Below, in pieces: positions 34,686 to 44,951 of a stretch of DNA of 44,951 bases. The position numbers and the translations under genes are program-made. Each line of letters starts with the position of its first letter. The first letter of the stretch is position 1. The notes below the pieces were generated by a model, which was not told the origin of the DNA, did not search any database, and saw nothing but the letters and a program-made list of their open reading frames with translations. Source of the stretch: a virus. Its lineage: Duplodnaviria > Caudoviricetes. Location: positions 1 through 44,951 of the IMG/VR virus record IMGVR_UViG_3300009095_000004, one strand, 5' to 3'.

Positions 34686-37600
34686 TCGCCGAGCTCCTTG
34701 AGCCGTGCCCGCAGCCGGGCCATGCGTGCCGCGCGGGCGTCGAGGGATTTGACGTCCTTCTTGAGCTGCGTCCAGTAGGTGCTCCGGACCGTATCGGCGT
34801 CGATCCCCTGCTCCCGGAACCACGCGAGCGCGTCGTCCACGTCCTTCTGCCATGCGGCCTGCTTGTCGGCCAGCGTGATCCCCTTCTCCCGATCCTGCGC
34901 TGTGCGCGCGATCGGCTTCGGGCGGGCCAGGATGTCGGCCTTGCGGGCCACCTGCTTGACCCGTTCGGCGTCCAGCGATGCCGATGCCTCGGGTCCAGCC
35001 GCCTCGGAGAACGCCGCCAGCCGCCGATCCGTCTCGGCCGGGCTGCCCGCAGCCGCCTGAATCCGTTCCAGCAGGGCCAGGCTGATCCCGCGCTCCGACT
35101 TCGTGCCGTCGTAGAGGGCCTGCGCGTCCTTTGCCGGGATGCCCGCCTCGCGCACGATCTGGAGCACTTCGCTCTGGGGCACACCCAGCCGCACGGCCGA
35201 GTGCATCATCTTGTGGATGTTCGTGTCGATCCGCTCGCCGGCCCGGGCCGACCGGCGGTAGTCGTCGATGATCTCGCCGGCGCCGACTGTCCCGCGCCGG
35301 GTGATCGTCGATGAGAATATGCGGCCGGCGTCCGATCGGCTGTCCACCAGCTCCCGCGCCCGGAACGACAGGGATTGCCGCACGTCGAGCTCGCTGAGCC
35401 GATGGCCGGTGAATACGGCCAATGCCTCGAGCTTCGGGTCGTACGCCTTGCCGTAGGCCGTCGTCGTGCCCTCCAGCCCCTTCACGATGCGGCGGGCGCT
35501 GGTCATGATGCCGGGCTCGATCGCGCTGAGCAGGTGCATATGCGACTTCTTCAGCTTCGTCCACGTGTCGTCCTGCGGGTTGAACACCTTGCCGTCGCCG
35601 TGGATGCTGTTGCGGACCTCGACCACCTTCGCCGCCAACAGCTCTTCGCCGAGGAACGGCGACAGCAGTTCGGTGCTCGCCTCAATGAACCCATCCTCCC
35701 ACGACTCGCCGTTCAGCATGGCCAGGACGGGCTTCCGCAGTACCGACCACGGATCGGTGTACCCGAGGTCGATGTACTTGTAGTTGCCCTTCTCGTCCTT
35801 GCCCATATGGATGATCGGGCTGTTCTGGCTCCACGGCGGCAGGAACTGCCGCATGTCGCGGTCCTCGTCGTCGGTGACACCCATCAGGTGTCGGCTGACC
35901 ATCGTGGCGATGCCGGTCAGCGATGACGCCGCCAGGATGCCGACCGCCCGTTCGGCGCCGATCGCCCGGGTCGCCGGGTTCTTCATCTCATCCGCGGCCA
36001 GCTTGATCGTGTGGAAGCCGACGCGGATCACCTCGGCGGGGAACGACACGAACGTGCCCAGCAGCGGGAACCGCCGGAGCTTCTGAATGAACTCCGGGAT
36101 CATCGAGTACGTCGGGTACGTGTTGCGCACGATCTCCGACGCCTTCGCGAACACCTGCTCGTCCGTCCAATGGGGGAACGCGCGGCGGTAGCGGTTGTAC
36201 TCGTGACGGTGGGCGTAGACCTTCCAGATTTCGTCCTCAGCCGAATAGAGCTTGATCGCCGCCTTCGCCGCCCATGCGGTCAGTTTGCTCGCCGGCCCCT
36301 CGAAAACCGTCGGGTCCGCCGGCACGTTGGCGTCTTTGAGGACGTCGCGGAGCTCGCCGGCCCGCGTGCCTTCGCCCACGACGCCTGCCTTCGTCAGCCG
36401 CTTGTAATACGCACGCTCATCCGCCTTGTTGCGCCACCCAAGCCCCGCCAGCGTCGCCTTTGCCGCCGGCGCCGCGTGCACCACGTTCCAGTGCCCGTTG
36501 GCAATGGCGAACCCGATGTTGCCGACCAGGTTCCTGATCTGCGTCATCAGGCTCAGCACGGTCTTGGAGAACTTCACCGTGCCGTTCACCCGCATGTACG
36601 CCTCGAACAGCGCGCCGCCGGCCGGACGGGCGTACACGCGATCGAACGCCGCCTTGATCTCGGGGGTCGTATAGAGCCCGTTGAGCGGGTGCATCGCGTT
36701 GCTCTCGTCCGCCGCGATGCGCGTCTTGTACTCGCCCGTCTCGTTGACGATGGGCGTCTCATGCAGCCACTTGCCCAGCCCGAGCGAACGCACCTCATGC
36801 AGGAACTGGTGGTTCCCGATGAGATTCGCCTGCTTGGCCACGCTGCGGACGTAATTCACCACGGGGTCCTTGTACTCGCCCCAGAGCGCCCGAATCTCCT
36901 TCGGGATGTCCTTCCGCCGCATCAGGATCGACAGGTCTTTCTCGCCGAGCTTGTGCTGGCGGATGAGCGCAATCGGGCTTTCGGCCGCCTTCGCCTCGTA
37001 CAGCAGCGCGGCGATCCGCCCCTCGATCTGCTCGTCGGTGTCGTTCGGATACTCGGAACGCAGCAGGGCCTTCGCCTTGTTGCGGATTTCGATGGGCACC
37101 GATTCCGCCCACTTCGGGTCGTCGAACACGCGGTAGGATCGCGTCAGATAGACGCCCTGGTTCGCGGCCACGGTCGCCGCCAGATCGCCCTCGACCGCGC
37201 CGATGTCGATAAGCCGCTGGCTGAGCGCGTCAACGTGCGTGCGCATGTTCTGCAACGCCGGGCGCAGGGCCTCGGGCGCGTCGATGAGCGGGGCCTGCCC
37301 GTGCAGGATTTCGTTGAACAGCAGTCGGTCGGTTTCGGGAACGGCGCTGAGCCGGCCGTACACGCTGCGGAGCGCCTTCCGCAGGTCGCGCACGGCGAAC
37401 TCGGACTCCTTGAGTATCGACTGGATCAGGCCGTCGCGCCGGATCTTGGCCCGGAACACCTCGGCGGGCAGATCGCCGCGGCTCGTGAAGAACCGGCGTG
37501 CCAGCGACGCCGCGCGGGACAGACCGCGCTTCGCGTCGTTCCAGATGTCGTCGAGCGAGATCACGCCAGCCGGGCGGATGATGCCCATGCCGCCGCCGAA

Positions 37601-40315
37601 GAACGTCTGCTGCCCCTCGATGTCCGCCGCCGCCGTCTTGGACTGGCTCTGCTGGAGGTCGAGCCGCAGCTTGCCCCCGGCCGTAATCACCCCCTGCTCG
37701 GTGACCTGCTCGCCGCGGGTGGTCGATCCGAACTCGAGCCCGCGCTGCTCGCCCGTCAGCGGCTCGTAGGTGCGTTCGCCCAGCAGGTTCGTCGTCGGCG
37801 CGGAGGCCGTCTCGAACTGCGCCGGGTCGAAGCTGTCGTCCAGCTCCGGCTCGGTGAGCGAGCCCTTGTCGATCGCCAGCGTCGCCGCTTCGGGCAGCGA
37901 CAGCGTAACGCCGTCCTCGATCGTCACCTCTTCCCGTTCCGGGTCGATGTCGGTGACCTTGTGCGGCTCGCCGGCGATAGTGAACTCCTGGCCGACCGCC
38001 AGCTTGCCCACATCGACCATCTCGGGCGTCTTGCCCTTGGCCTGCTTGGCCGTCTCGGGCGAATACGCGATCATCTGGTACTGCTTGGCCGCGTACAGCT
38101 CCTCCGGCTGAACTTCGAGCGGGTGGGCGAGAATCCATTCGACGGTGCGTTCGATCGTCCGCTTTTTCCCCTGCTCGGCGAACCGCATGATGCTCTCGAC
38201 CATGCGATCCGTGCCGATCGCGGCGTGAACATCCGCGCCGTCGGCGGATGATGCGCCGGGTGCGCCCTTGGGCACGAGCTTGAGGTTCGCGTGCAGGTGC
38301 TTGGGCAGCCGGTCGGCCAGCTCCCGCAGCAGCGAGCGATTGTTCGGCGTGTCGAGGAAGGTATAGCCCGGCCGTTCCATCGGGCTTGATCCATCCTCTG
38401 CCGACTCGAGCCCCAGGGCGTCGAAGCCGGTGATCAGATCCTTGTAGCGATCGTGGATCGCCAGCAGTTTCTTCTCGACCGCGCCGATGCCCGATCGGCC
38501 CCGCGGCTTAGCTGGCGGGGTGGGCGCGGCGGGCGCGTCAGTCGTCACGGAATCCTTGACCGCTTCGGCCTCCCGAATCCGCTTGATTGCCGTGCTCTTG
38601 CGTGCCGGCTGCTTCAGCCCCAGCTCTTTGAGCCGGGCCTTGATGTCGGACCAATCGCTGTCCTCGGTCAGCGGGGGCCGCGCGGGGGCTGCGGCGGGCG
38701 CGTCGACCGTCTCGGTCGCGGCCTCCGCTTCCGGCGGGGTCGGCGTTTCCTCCACCTTCGAGTCGGTCGCCGCCGGGGTTGATTCCACCGGCGGTTCGAC
38801 CAACTCCAGTGATTCGGGCGGCGCGGTGATCGACCGGCCGGTAGACAGGCGGACAACGTAGTTGCCGTCCTCGTCCACCTTGGTCACCGTGCCGGTGCGC
38901 TTCGTGCCCGCCCGCGTGGCGTAACTTACCTTGTCGCCCGGCCGGAACATGAACTCGTCAGCCGGGCCGGGCGTGTCCGGCGTTACTTGCGCTTCTTGGC
39001 CGCCTTCTTGGACTTCTTGGCCGCCTTCTTGGCGGACTTCTGGCCCTTGGTGCACTTGCCGTTCTTCATCACGGTTCTCCTTCGTAACAGCTTCCCCTTG
39101 TGCCGGGTCACGCGACTCGAACAGCTCGGGGTGAACTCGCTCTGCGAACTCCTGAAACTCCTTCTCCTGCTCGGCACGCAGGGCCTCGGCCAGCGCCTCA
39201 CGATCCGCGCGCGTCGGAAACTCCTTCGGGTCGAGCCCGGCGTCCTGAATATCCTTGCGGCTCGGCGTGGTCATCTTCGACAGCCGATCCGCCGCCTGCG
39301 GGTTCTCCCGGCGCAGGCGACTCGCGCCCGCCGATATCGCACCACCCGCACCCATGAGCACGGCGAGCGGGCCCGCGGCATCAAGCGTCTGATCGATCAC
39401 CTTCCGCACGGCAGCGGCGCCATCGACGTCGAGCCCGACGTGCGCCTTGGCGAGCGATTCGACCGCCTGCTCGGTGATGGCCTGCGCGGCCTCCTCCCCC
39501 AACTCCTTGCCGTAGTTTTTCACGAGACGGGCGACGGTATCGCGGACGGTCTTTTTCGCGACGCCGGAGAGCGGGTTGATCTGGACAACTTCGATCGCGG
39601 ATTCAATCACCGACGAAATGGCCGACGCACCCCGCGCGGTCTCTTCAGGCAGTCCCGCCTCCAGCATCGACTCATAGCGTTCCGGCCACGTCTGGGATAC
39701 CCAGAACGCCGCGCCGCCCGCGCCGCCGGTAACGGCTGCCGCCCCGATCCCTGCCGCCATCGGCGGAACAATAGCTGCGGCCTTGATCGTCCACTTCTTG
39801 TACCACGGGTCGTCGGGGTGGATGAGAGGCTGCTGCTCGTCCCGCGTGGCAAGCATCTGATTCACGAACGCGCGCTGCTCGGGGCTCAGGCTATCGAGAC
39901 TCTTTGCCCCGAACGCCTCAAGTGCGATCATCTCGGCCGTGCGGTCGATGGATTTTCCCGCGCCGACTGTGCTGCGCGCCACCGCACGCCCCATCCGGGA
40001 CGCCATTCCCGCCGGTTCACTCGGACGGGTCCGCTCCAACTCGTCAAGGTACGCCGCCGCGATCTGCTCACGCTCCCACGGGCCGGCAGACTGCGCGATC
40101 TCCTCGAGCCGCCCGGGCAGCGTCGCGTCCGCAGACGCCAACTCCTGCGCGCGTCGCTGGATCGGCGACGGCTCGCTTGGCAGCGAGCGCAGCCGGGCCA
40201 GAATGGCTTCCATCTCATCGTACGACGGCAGCTTCGGGCCGGCGTCCTCTTTCGGCTCGCCGCGAAGCTGCGTCAGGATGGATTCCATTTCGTCGTAGCT
40301 GGGCAACGTCGACAT
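34682..40315 (-). CDS. Large internal virion / DNA ejection protein (1877 aa, polyvalent-type)
   Basis: Last gene of the virion module; helical C-half (YLTRSYRVF, YIDLGYTDPW); embedded KOW/SH3-like modules. Confidence 0.7.
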   Translation of the reverse strand: MSTLPSYDEMESILTQLRGEPKEDAGPKLPSYDEMEAILARLRSLPSEPSPIQRRAQELASADATLPGRLEEIAQSAGPWEREQIAAAYLDELERTRPSEPAGMASRMGRAVARSTVGAGKSIDRTAEMIALEAFGAKSLDSLSPEQRAFVNQMLATRDEQQPLIHPDDPWYKKWTIKAAAIVPPMAAGIGAAAVTGGAGGAAFWVSQTWPERYESMLEAGLPEETARGASAISSVIESAIEVVQINPLSGVAKKTVRDTVARLVKNYGKELGEEAAQAITEQAVESLAKAHVGLDVDGAAAVRKVIDQTLDAAGPLAVLMGAGGAISAGASRLRRENPQAADRLSKMTTPSRKDIQDAGLDPKEFPTRADREALAEALRAEQEKEFQEFAERVHPELFESRDPAQGEAVTKENRDEERQVHQGPEVRQEGGQEVQEGGQEAQVTPDTPGPADEFMFRPGDKVSYATRAGTKRTGTVTKVDEDGNYVVRLSTGRSITAPPESLELVEPPVESTPAATDSKVEETPTPPEAEAATETVDAPAAAPARPPLTEDSDWSDIKARLKELGLKQPARKSTAIKRIREAEAVKDSVTTDAPAAPTPPAKPRGRSGIGAVEKKLLAIHDRYKDLITGFDALGLESAEDGSSPMERPGYTFLDTPNNRSLLRELADRLPKHLHANLKLVPKGAPGASSADGADVHAAIGTDRMVESIMRFAEQGKKRTIERTVEWILAHPLEVQPEELYAAKQYQMIAYSPETAKQAKGKTPEMVDVGKLAVGQEFTIAGEPHKVTDIDPEREEVTIEDGVTLSLPEAATLAIDKGSLTEPELDDSFDPAQFETASAPTTNLLGERTYEPLTGEQRGLEFGSTTRGEQVTEQGVITAGGKLRLDLQQSQSKTAAADIEGQQTFFGGGMGIIRPAGVISLDDIWNDAKRGLSRAASLARRFFTSRGDLPAEVFRAKIRRDGLIQSILKESEFAVRDLRKALRSVYGRLSAVPETDRLLFNEILHGQAPLIDAPEALRPALQNMRTHVDALSQRLIDIGAVEGDLAATVAANQGVYLTRSYRVFDDPKWAESVPIEIRNKAKALLRSEYPNDTDEQIEGRIAALLYEAKAAESPIALIRQHKLGEKDLSILMRRKDIPKEIRALWGEYKDPVVNYVRSVAKQANLIGNHQFLHEVRSLGLGKWLHETPIVNETGEYKTRIAADESNAMHPLNGLYTTPEIKAAFDRVYARPAGGALFEAYMRVNGTVKFSKTVLSLMTQIRNLVGNIGFAIANGHWNVVHAAPAAKATLAGLGWRNKADERAYYKRLTKAGVVGEGTRAGELRDVLKDANVPADPTVFEGPASKLTAWAAKAAIKLYSAEDEIWKVYAHRHEYNRYRRAFPHWTDEQVFAKASEIVRNTYPTYSMIPEFIQKLRRFPLLGTFVSFPAEVIRVGFHTIKLAADEMKNPATRAIGAERAVGILAASSLTGIATMVSRHLMGVTDDEDRDMRQFLPPWSQNSPIIHMGKDEKGNYKYIDLGYTDPWSVLRKPVLAMLNGESWEDGFIEASTELLSPFLGEELLAAKVVEVRNSIHGDGKVFNPQDDTWTKLKKSHMHLLSAIEPGIMTSARRIVKGLEGTTTAYGKAYDPKLEALAVFTGHRLSELDVRQSLSFRARELVDSRSDAGRIFSSTITRRGTVGAGEIIDDYRRSARAGERIDTNIHKMMHSAVRLGVPQSEVLQIVREAGIPAKDAQALYDGTKSERGISLALLERIQAAAGSPAETDRRLAAFSEAAGPEASASLDAERVKQVARKADILARPKPIARTAQDREKGITLADKQAAWQKDVDDALAWFREQGIDADTVRSTYWTQLKKDVKSLDARAARMARLRARLKELGD
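38983..39069 (-). CDS. Nested out-of-frame Lys-rich peptide MKNGKCTKGQKSAKKAAKKSKKAAKKRK
   Basis: AAGGAG Shine-Dalgarno 7 nt upstream of the ATG; all Lys codons are AAG. Confidence 0.5.
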   Translation of the reverse strand: MKNGKCTKGQKSAKKAAKKSKKAAKKRK

Positions 40316-40318
40316 AGA

Positions 40319-41563
40319 CTACAGCCCCAAATCCTTGAGCACCTGCCGGGCATGCGCGCCGTTCACGCCGGGGCTCTTGGCGATCTCCCGAAGCTCCTGA
40401 ATCTGCTCGGGCGTGGCGGGTCGCACGGGCTTCGATGAACTCTGCTGCGGTGCCGCTGATGCAGACGGCGGCTTGCCGGTCAGCGCGTCGAAGAACATCT
40501 GGTAGGTCCGCCGGAACTCATCAGGGTCGATCGTGGCCTCGACGCCGGTTTCAGGATCGATGCGCCGGAGCGTGTTCTGTGCCGCCTGTAGCGCCGCCTT
40601 GGCGACCTCGATATAGCCCTGATCCGCCGTCAGCTTCCCGGTCTTGGGATCGACCGTGTACGGGATGCCGCCGATCCGGGTGAACTGCTCTGCCGCGGCC
40701 ACATCGGCCATGTTGCCGCCCGCCCGCTGGATCACCGCCGCCTTGAGCGGATCGGGCATGGTCGCCGGCCACGATGCCGGATCGCTACCACCGCCGCCGC
40801 CACGCTTCGTCGCCATTGCCATCGCGGGCGTATCGGTCGGCTTGACGATCGGCTTCCACGAACCGTCCTTGCTGCGGGTGACGCGCGTGCCGAGCTGCGG
40901 ATCGACGAACGTTTCCTGCTCGTACATTTCGGCAGCCGTGAGCTTCTGCCGCGGGTACCACCCCTGCTTCGGGGCCGACGCCATCAGCGCGTCCCGCGCG
41001 GCGACGCCTTCGGGCTTCCATGAGCCGTCCGGGTTGATCCACTTCGGGTTCGACCGCATGGCATTGACTTCGGCCATGATCCGTTCGTACTCAATGCGAT
41101 CGGCGTCCGTCGCAAACCGGAACTCCAGGTTCTTCGCCTGATATTCCGCAGCGATGTTCTTCTGCTGGAGCTGCGCATAGGCTTCATGAAACGGGATGGG
41201 CGTCCCGCCCGGCCCGGCGGTCGCGGCGTACTGCTCCACGTCGGCCAGCCGCATCTTCGTGTCGGTGAACGTCTTGAGATCGAGCGCCTGCCGCTGCCGG
41301 TGGTCCAGTAGGCCGATCGCTTGCGTATGTGCCAGGTTGTGCAACTCGACCTGGTTCTGGTGGTCGAGCACCTGCGACGCCGTGCGGCTGTAGGCGTCGA
41401 CCATCTGCCGCGTCATCTGCGCCGTCTGCGCGAACTGCTGCATGTTTGATTGATGCAGCATCTGCGCCTGCTGCATCATGCCCTCGCCCTTGCCGCCGAT
41501 GTAGGCGGACAGGCCAAGAGCGATTGGCGCCATGCCTTGTCGCGGATAAATATTGATCGCCAC
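40319..41563 (-). CDS. DNA ejection (internal virion) protein (414 aa)
   Basis: Gln/Ala-rich helical protein between pilot-like and giant genes. Confidence 0.55.
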   Translation of the reverse strand: MAINIYPRQGMAPIALGLSAYIGGKGEGMMQQAQMLHQSNMQQFAQTAQMTRQMVDAYSRTASQVLDHQNQVELHNLAHTQAIGLLDHRQRQALDLKTFTDTKMRLADVEQYAATAGPGGTPIPFHEAYAQLQQKNIAAEYQAKNLEFRFATDADRIEYERIMAEVNAMRSNPKWINPDGSWKPEGVAARDALMASAPKQGWYPRQKLTAAEMYEQETFVDPQLGTRVTRSKDGSWKPIVKPTDTPAMAMATKRGGGGGSDPASWPATMPDPLKAAVIQRAGGNMADVAAAEQFTRIGGIPYTVDPKTGKLTADQGYIEVAKAALQAAQNTLRRIDPETGVEATIDPDEFRRTYQMFFDALTGKPPSASAAPQQSSSKPVRPATPEQIQELREIAKSPGVNGAHARQVLKDLGL

Positions 41564-41604
41564 GGTCCACTCCTGTTAGGGCAGGCAGAACGCCGCGCCA
41601 GTCG

Positions 41605-42792
41605 TCACTTGAACCAGCCCTGCGCCGTTTTACTGAACCCCTTGGTGATTCCGGCGCTCAGACCGGCCACCGGGGAGAACGCCAGCCCGCCGATCGCAGC
41701 CGAGCCCGCACCCGCCAACGGGCTCAGGAATGACATCTCCCGGTTCTTGCGGGCCTCCTCCTGCTGCCAGTCGAGCACCCTGGCCGCCTGCTGCGCTGAT
41801 CCGAGGCTAGCGTTGACCGCCAGGTAATCGTTCGACGGCGGCACGAAGTTGGTGCCCGCAATCGCGTTGAGCATGTTCGTCGCTGCCGTACCTGTAATAT
41901 TCACTCGATGCTGGCCGACACCCGCTAAGAAATTCGTCAAATCTCGACGGTTGGCGTTCTGCATATCGACAAGGCCCGCAGAAAGGCTGTTCTGCGTATT
42001 CATGAGGTTATGCCCGAGCTGGGACTGAAGGTCGAACGCGCCCTGCTCTAGCCCGCCCATCAGGTTCATGCGGTTGACGAAGTTCTGGCCCTGCATGTTC
42101 AGCAGGTCGCCCGACAGCGCCGCGTCGGTGTCGAGCCGCTGCTGGCGAAGGCGCTCCTCCAGCCGCCCGAGATCGGCCGTACGCTCCCGCTCGTTGCCCT
42201 GCTGCATCGACTGCGCGACAGTCGAATTGCGGATACCGCGGCTGATAAGGTCCTGATTCAGCGCGCCGCTGCGGGCGTCGTACCGCTCGTTGATGTCGCG
42301 ACGCTCCTGATCGCCCATGCCTTCTAGATTGGCAAGCCCGCGGTTGTAGCGGTCCAGAAATCCCTGCTCCAGTGATGAAGCGCCTTGGTTATAAGCGCCA
42401 AGCAGCCGATCGGAGAGACCGCTATATGCGCTCGTCAAATCGCCGATCAGGCCGTGCATCCGGTCCAGGACGCCAGCCGAATGCTGCTGGTACGCATTCT
42501 CCTGTGCCGCCGAGTCCGCCTGCATAAGCCCGCTGATATCAGTAGCGTATCGATCCAGCGTCCCCATCACGTCGGGAAGCAGGTGGTAGTTGCCCGATGA
42601 ATCCATGAGCCCCGGCTGCCCACCGTTGCCCACTGCCGCCCAGCCGCCGAGCACGTTGCTGTACTGCTGGTCGGAGAAGTCTCGAATCTCGTCCGCCTGC
42701 TGCTGATAAAACAGCGAGTTGAGGATGCTGAGGCCAAGACCTGGCAAATCTTTGAACGACAGCACACGTGGATCCAGCCAAGGTAGACTCAT
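41605..42792 (-). CDS. DNA ejection / pilot protein
   Basis: Gln/Gly-rich with a Gly/Ala hydrophobic C-terminal segment; 'RGIRNST' motif; position. Confidence 0.55.
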   Translation of the reverse strand: MSLPWLDPRVLSFKDLPGLGLSILNSLFYQQQADEIRDFSDQQYSNVLGGWAAVGNGGQPGLMDSSGNYHLLPDVMGTLDRYATDISGLMQADSAAQENAYQQHSAGVLDRMHGLIGDLTSAYSGLSDRLLGAYNQGASSLEQGFLDRYNRGLANLEGMGDQERRDINERYDARSGALNQDLISRGIRNSTVAQSMQQGNERERTADLGRLEERLRQQRLDTDAALSGDLLNMQGQNFVNRMNLMGGLEQGAFDLQSQLGHNLMNTQNSLSAGLVDMQNANRRDLTNFLAGVGQHRVNITGTAATNMLNAIAGTNFVPPSNDYLAVNASLGSAQQAARVLDWQQEEARKNREMSFLSPLAGAGSAAIGGLAFSPVAGLSAGITKGFSKTAQGWFK

Positions 42793-42803
42793 CACAAATC
42801 TCC

Positions 42804-43292
42804 TTATCCGACGCGATGCACCGTGAGGTTGCAGCAGATAAACGTGAACGTCGCGCCCGATCCGGTGGCGTACACCTCGATGTAGTCGCCCGCCTCGCAG
42901 TCAACGATGGCCGACACACTGCCCGCGCGCTCCTCGGTGTTGACATAGAACCGAGTCACGCAGCCCGGGATCGCGACGCCGTTCTTGCGTCCTTCTATCG
43001 TCACGCCGCCGGCCGAACCCTCGGTCAGCAGCCCCATATCCACCAACACCAGGTATCGCCCGCTGTGCTCGACCGTGATCCGCCCGTTCGCCTTGTCCGG
43101 CGTCGTTCCCTGCGCCGGACCGTTCGTGTCGTAGCCGAGCACCTTTTGGAACGTGCCGCCGATCGTCTGCGTCGTCGCGCCTACCCGGTACAGCGATCCG
43201 TACGCGGTCAGCCGATCGAAGTGCATCTTGATCGCCTGCAAGGCACGGCGCACGTCGTCGATGTTCGTGACATTCGGATTGAGTGCAATCAT
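42804..43292 (-). CDS. Tail needle/spike-like protein with C1q/TNF-like domain
   Basis: GRITVEHSGRYLV...SVSAIVDCEAGDYIEVY; ATGA-coupled to the nozzle gene. Confidence 0.55.
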   Translation of the reverse strand: MIALNPNVTNIDDVRRALQAIKMHFDRLTAYGSLYRVGATTQTIGGTFQKVLGYDTNGPAQGTTPDKANGRITVEHSGRYLVLVDMGLLTEGSAGGVTIEGRKNGVAIPGCVTRFYVNTEERAGSVSAIVDCEAGDYIEVYATGSGATFTFICCNLTVHRVG

Positions 43293-44951
43293 CGTCGCTG
43301 CCCCGCCGGCTGCATCGACACCATCAGCTCTTCGAGCTCCCACGGTGCTCCACTCTGTAGTTGCAGGTAGATCGCGTTTCCCCGTACCCGCGGACGCACC
43401 CGCCGGTTGTGTCCACCCGACCACGTGCCTACTTGCCGGGCCGATGACCGGAGTGCATCCTCCGGCGTCTCGCCCACGTACAGCGCCCAATTGACTGAGC
43501 CTGAATCCCTGGTGAGGTTGGCGATCATCTCGGTGAGGTTACCGTCCTGCGCCATGCTGCCGCCGGGGCGCAGTGGTCCGATCATGACGTTCGAGAGAAT
43601 GGGCGTGCCATCATCGGTTGAAGCACTATCGCTGTAGCGGCGGATATACCCGTCCCGGCAACCTAACAGCACGTCGCTATGACTACCGGAGCCGATCTTG
43701 CGGAACGCCAGCAGTGCGGTCGGGTCAAAGCTGTTGGCGCCGAACCGAACCGGCCAGAACGATTTCGTGTTCCAGTCGAGGAACCAGTGCGTCGGAAGGC
43801 CCGATGTGCTATCCGGCGTCAGGTAAATATGAATGCCCTGATCGTACAGGTCGTACGCCATCGTGATCGTAGTGCTGAGCGGATCGACGCCCAGCAGCTC
43901 GCGCGGGATCGCATCCGAAACCCGAACCGGGAACCCTCCCGATCCCGGCGCAATCGCGTAGAGCCCGCCGGCCGACAGGAACACCATCGTTCCATCCGGC
44001 AGCCGACACCACGCCGTGCGCGACAGAATGCCGATCTCCCGGGATCGGTTCACGATGACACCGCCGTAAGTGATGTCGCCCAGCATCACCCACAACTCGT
44101 TCCGACAGCCGAACACAAGGAAGTCGTCCGCGAACGCCACCACCGCATGGATGGGCACGCCCGTACCGCCTGCCGTGCTCAGCACGCCGCTGTACGCCCG
44201 CGCCGGATCGAGGTCGGACGCGCCGTAATTGAAGTCGTACGGGTCGCCCTGCCGGGAAGCGTAGAAGCCCGGCGTGCCGTCGCCGGCGAGGATGATCCGG
44301 TCGCGGTAGCACGCGATCGCGTGACAGCCGACAGGAACCGAGCCGGTGGTCGCCGTGTACGGCGTCAGGCTCGCCGTCGACGCCTTCCAGACCTTCGGGC
44401 CGCGCAAGATACGGAACGACACGTCGCCATCGGCGCCCGCGCCCGTCGCCAGCGTGAGCGAGCCGGACGCGATCGTGGCGATCTTGTACATGCCGAGCAC
44501 GATCGACGGATTGGACGCCGCCGTGATCTCCACCACGTAGTCGTCCTTGTTGATGGCGAGCTCCGTCCAGTCGGTGTAGGCGGGCGAGTCCAGTGAGTCA
44601 TGGCTCACGCCGGAGATAGTGCCCTTGCTGCCCGCATCGTCCTTGTCGCCCTGAGCCACCACGTCGCTCACGTCGGCGATGAACAGCTCGCCGAGCCGTT
44701 CGGCGGCACAGAGCACACGATCCGAGGCGAGTGTTTCGTCGCCGTTGTATTGCTCCAGCGAATTGTTCGCGTCGAGGTAGTACACGTCCCCGCCCGCCGA
44801 CGCGACAAGCTGGAACGGTGCGATCGACAGCGCGCTGTAATAGTCCAGCCGGAACGAATCGATCCGGCCGGATTCCACGCTGGCGAAGCGATCCATCCCG
44901 ATCGCGTAGCGCGTTCCGGCCACCGTGAGGGGTTTCTGGACGGACATCGTG
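43289..44951 (-). CDS. C-terminal part of tail tubular/nozzle protein (joined to 1-839)
   Basis: Beta-propeller-like motifs (YRDRIILAG, FYASRQGDP, LVFGC), C-terminal RVRGNAIYLQL. Confidence 0.75.
   Translation of the reverse strand, partial: TMSVQKPLTVAGTRYAIGMDRFASVESGRIDSFRLDYYSALSIAPFQLVASAGGDVYYLDANNSLEQYNGDETLASDRVLCAAERLGELFIADVSDVVAQGDKDDAGSKGTISGVSHDSLDSPAYTDWTELAINKDDYVVEITAASNPSIVLGMYKIATIASGSLTLATGAGADGDVSFRILRGPKVWKASTASLTPYTATTGSVPVGCHAIACYRDRIILAGDGTPGFYASRQGDPYDFNYGASDLDPARAYSGVLSTAGGTGVPIHAVVAFADDFLVFGCRNELWVMLGDITYGGVIVNRSREIGILSRTAWCRLPDGTMVFLSAGGLYAIAPGSGGFPVRVSDAIPRELLGVDPLSTTITMAYDLYDQGIHIYLTPDSTSGLPTHWFLDWNTKSFWPVRFGANSFDPTALLAFRKIGSGSHSDVLLGCRDGYIRRYSDSASTDDGTPILSNVMIGPLRPGGSMAQDGNLTEMIANLTRDSGSVNWALYVGETPEDALRSSARQVGTWSGGHNRRVRPRVRGNAIYLQLQSGAPWELEELMVSMQPAGQRR
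44829..44951. repeat. Terminal direct repeat, right copy
   Basis: Identical to nt 1-123. Confidence 0.95.

Overview
This window looks like a complete, circularly assembled genome (about 44.8 kb unique; nt 1-123 repeat exactly at 44829-44951) of a GC-rich podovirus-like tailed phage. The host is inferred to be a Planctomycetota member, possibly Phycisphaerae. The minus-strand morphogenesis arm runs from TerS/TerL through portal, scaffold, capsid, adaptor and fibres to a tail protein spanning the contig junction, then to the ejection proteins. A second minus-strand arm carries replication and recombination genes (RHH regulator, Lar-like, tRNA-like, YqaJ, putative annealase, SSB, initiator, RusA). 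A plus-strand 'early' arm (15.4-22.8 kb) encodes a MoxR-type AAA+/VWA pair, a FlgM-like anti-sigma, DUF3560 and a serine recombinase. The standout is 20533-22419: a compact, apparently nuclease-dead Cas12f/TnpB-derived gene with an N-terminal Zn finger and a 7-repeat CRISPR array. The unit has no cas1/cas2 and is bracketed by two IS200/IS605-type end hairpins. Other notable elements are a solitary type I-G-like CRISPR repeat downstream of a strong promoter (Racr candidate), a conserved hairpin after early genes, and a nested Lys-rich ORF inside the giant ejection protein. All protein calls are by-eye motif recognition; no searches were run.
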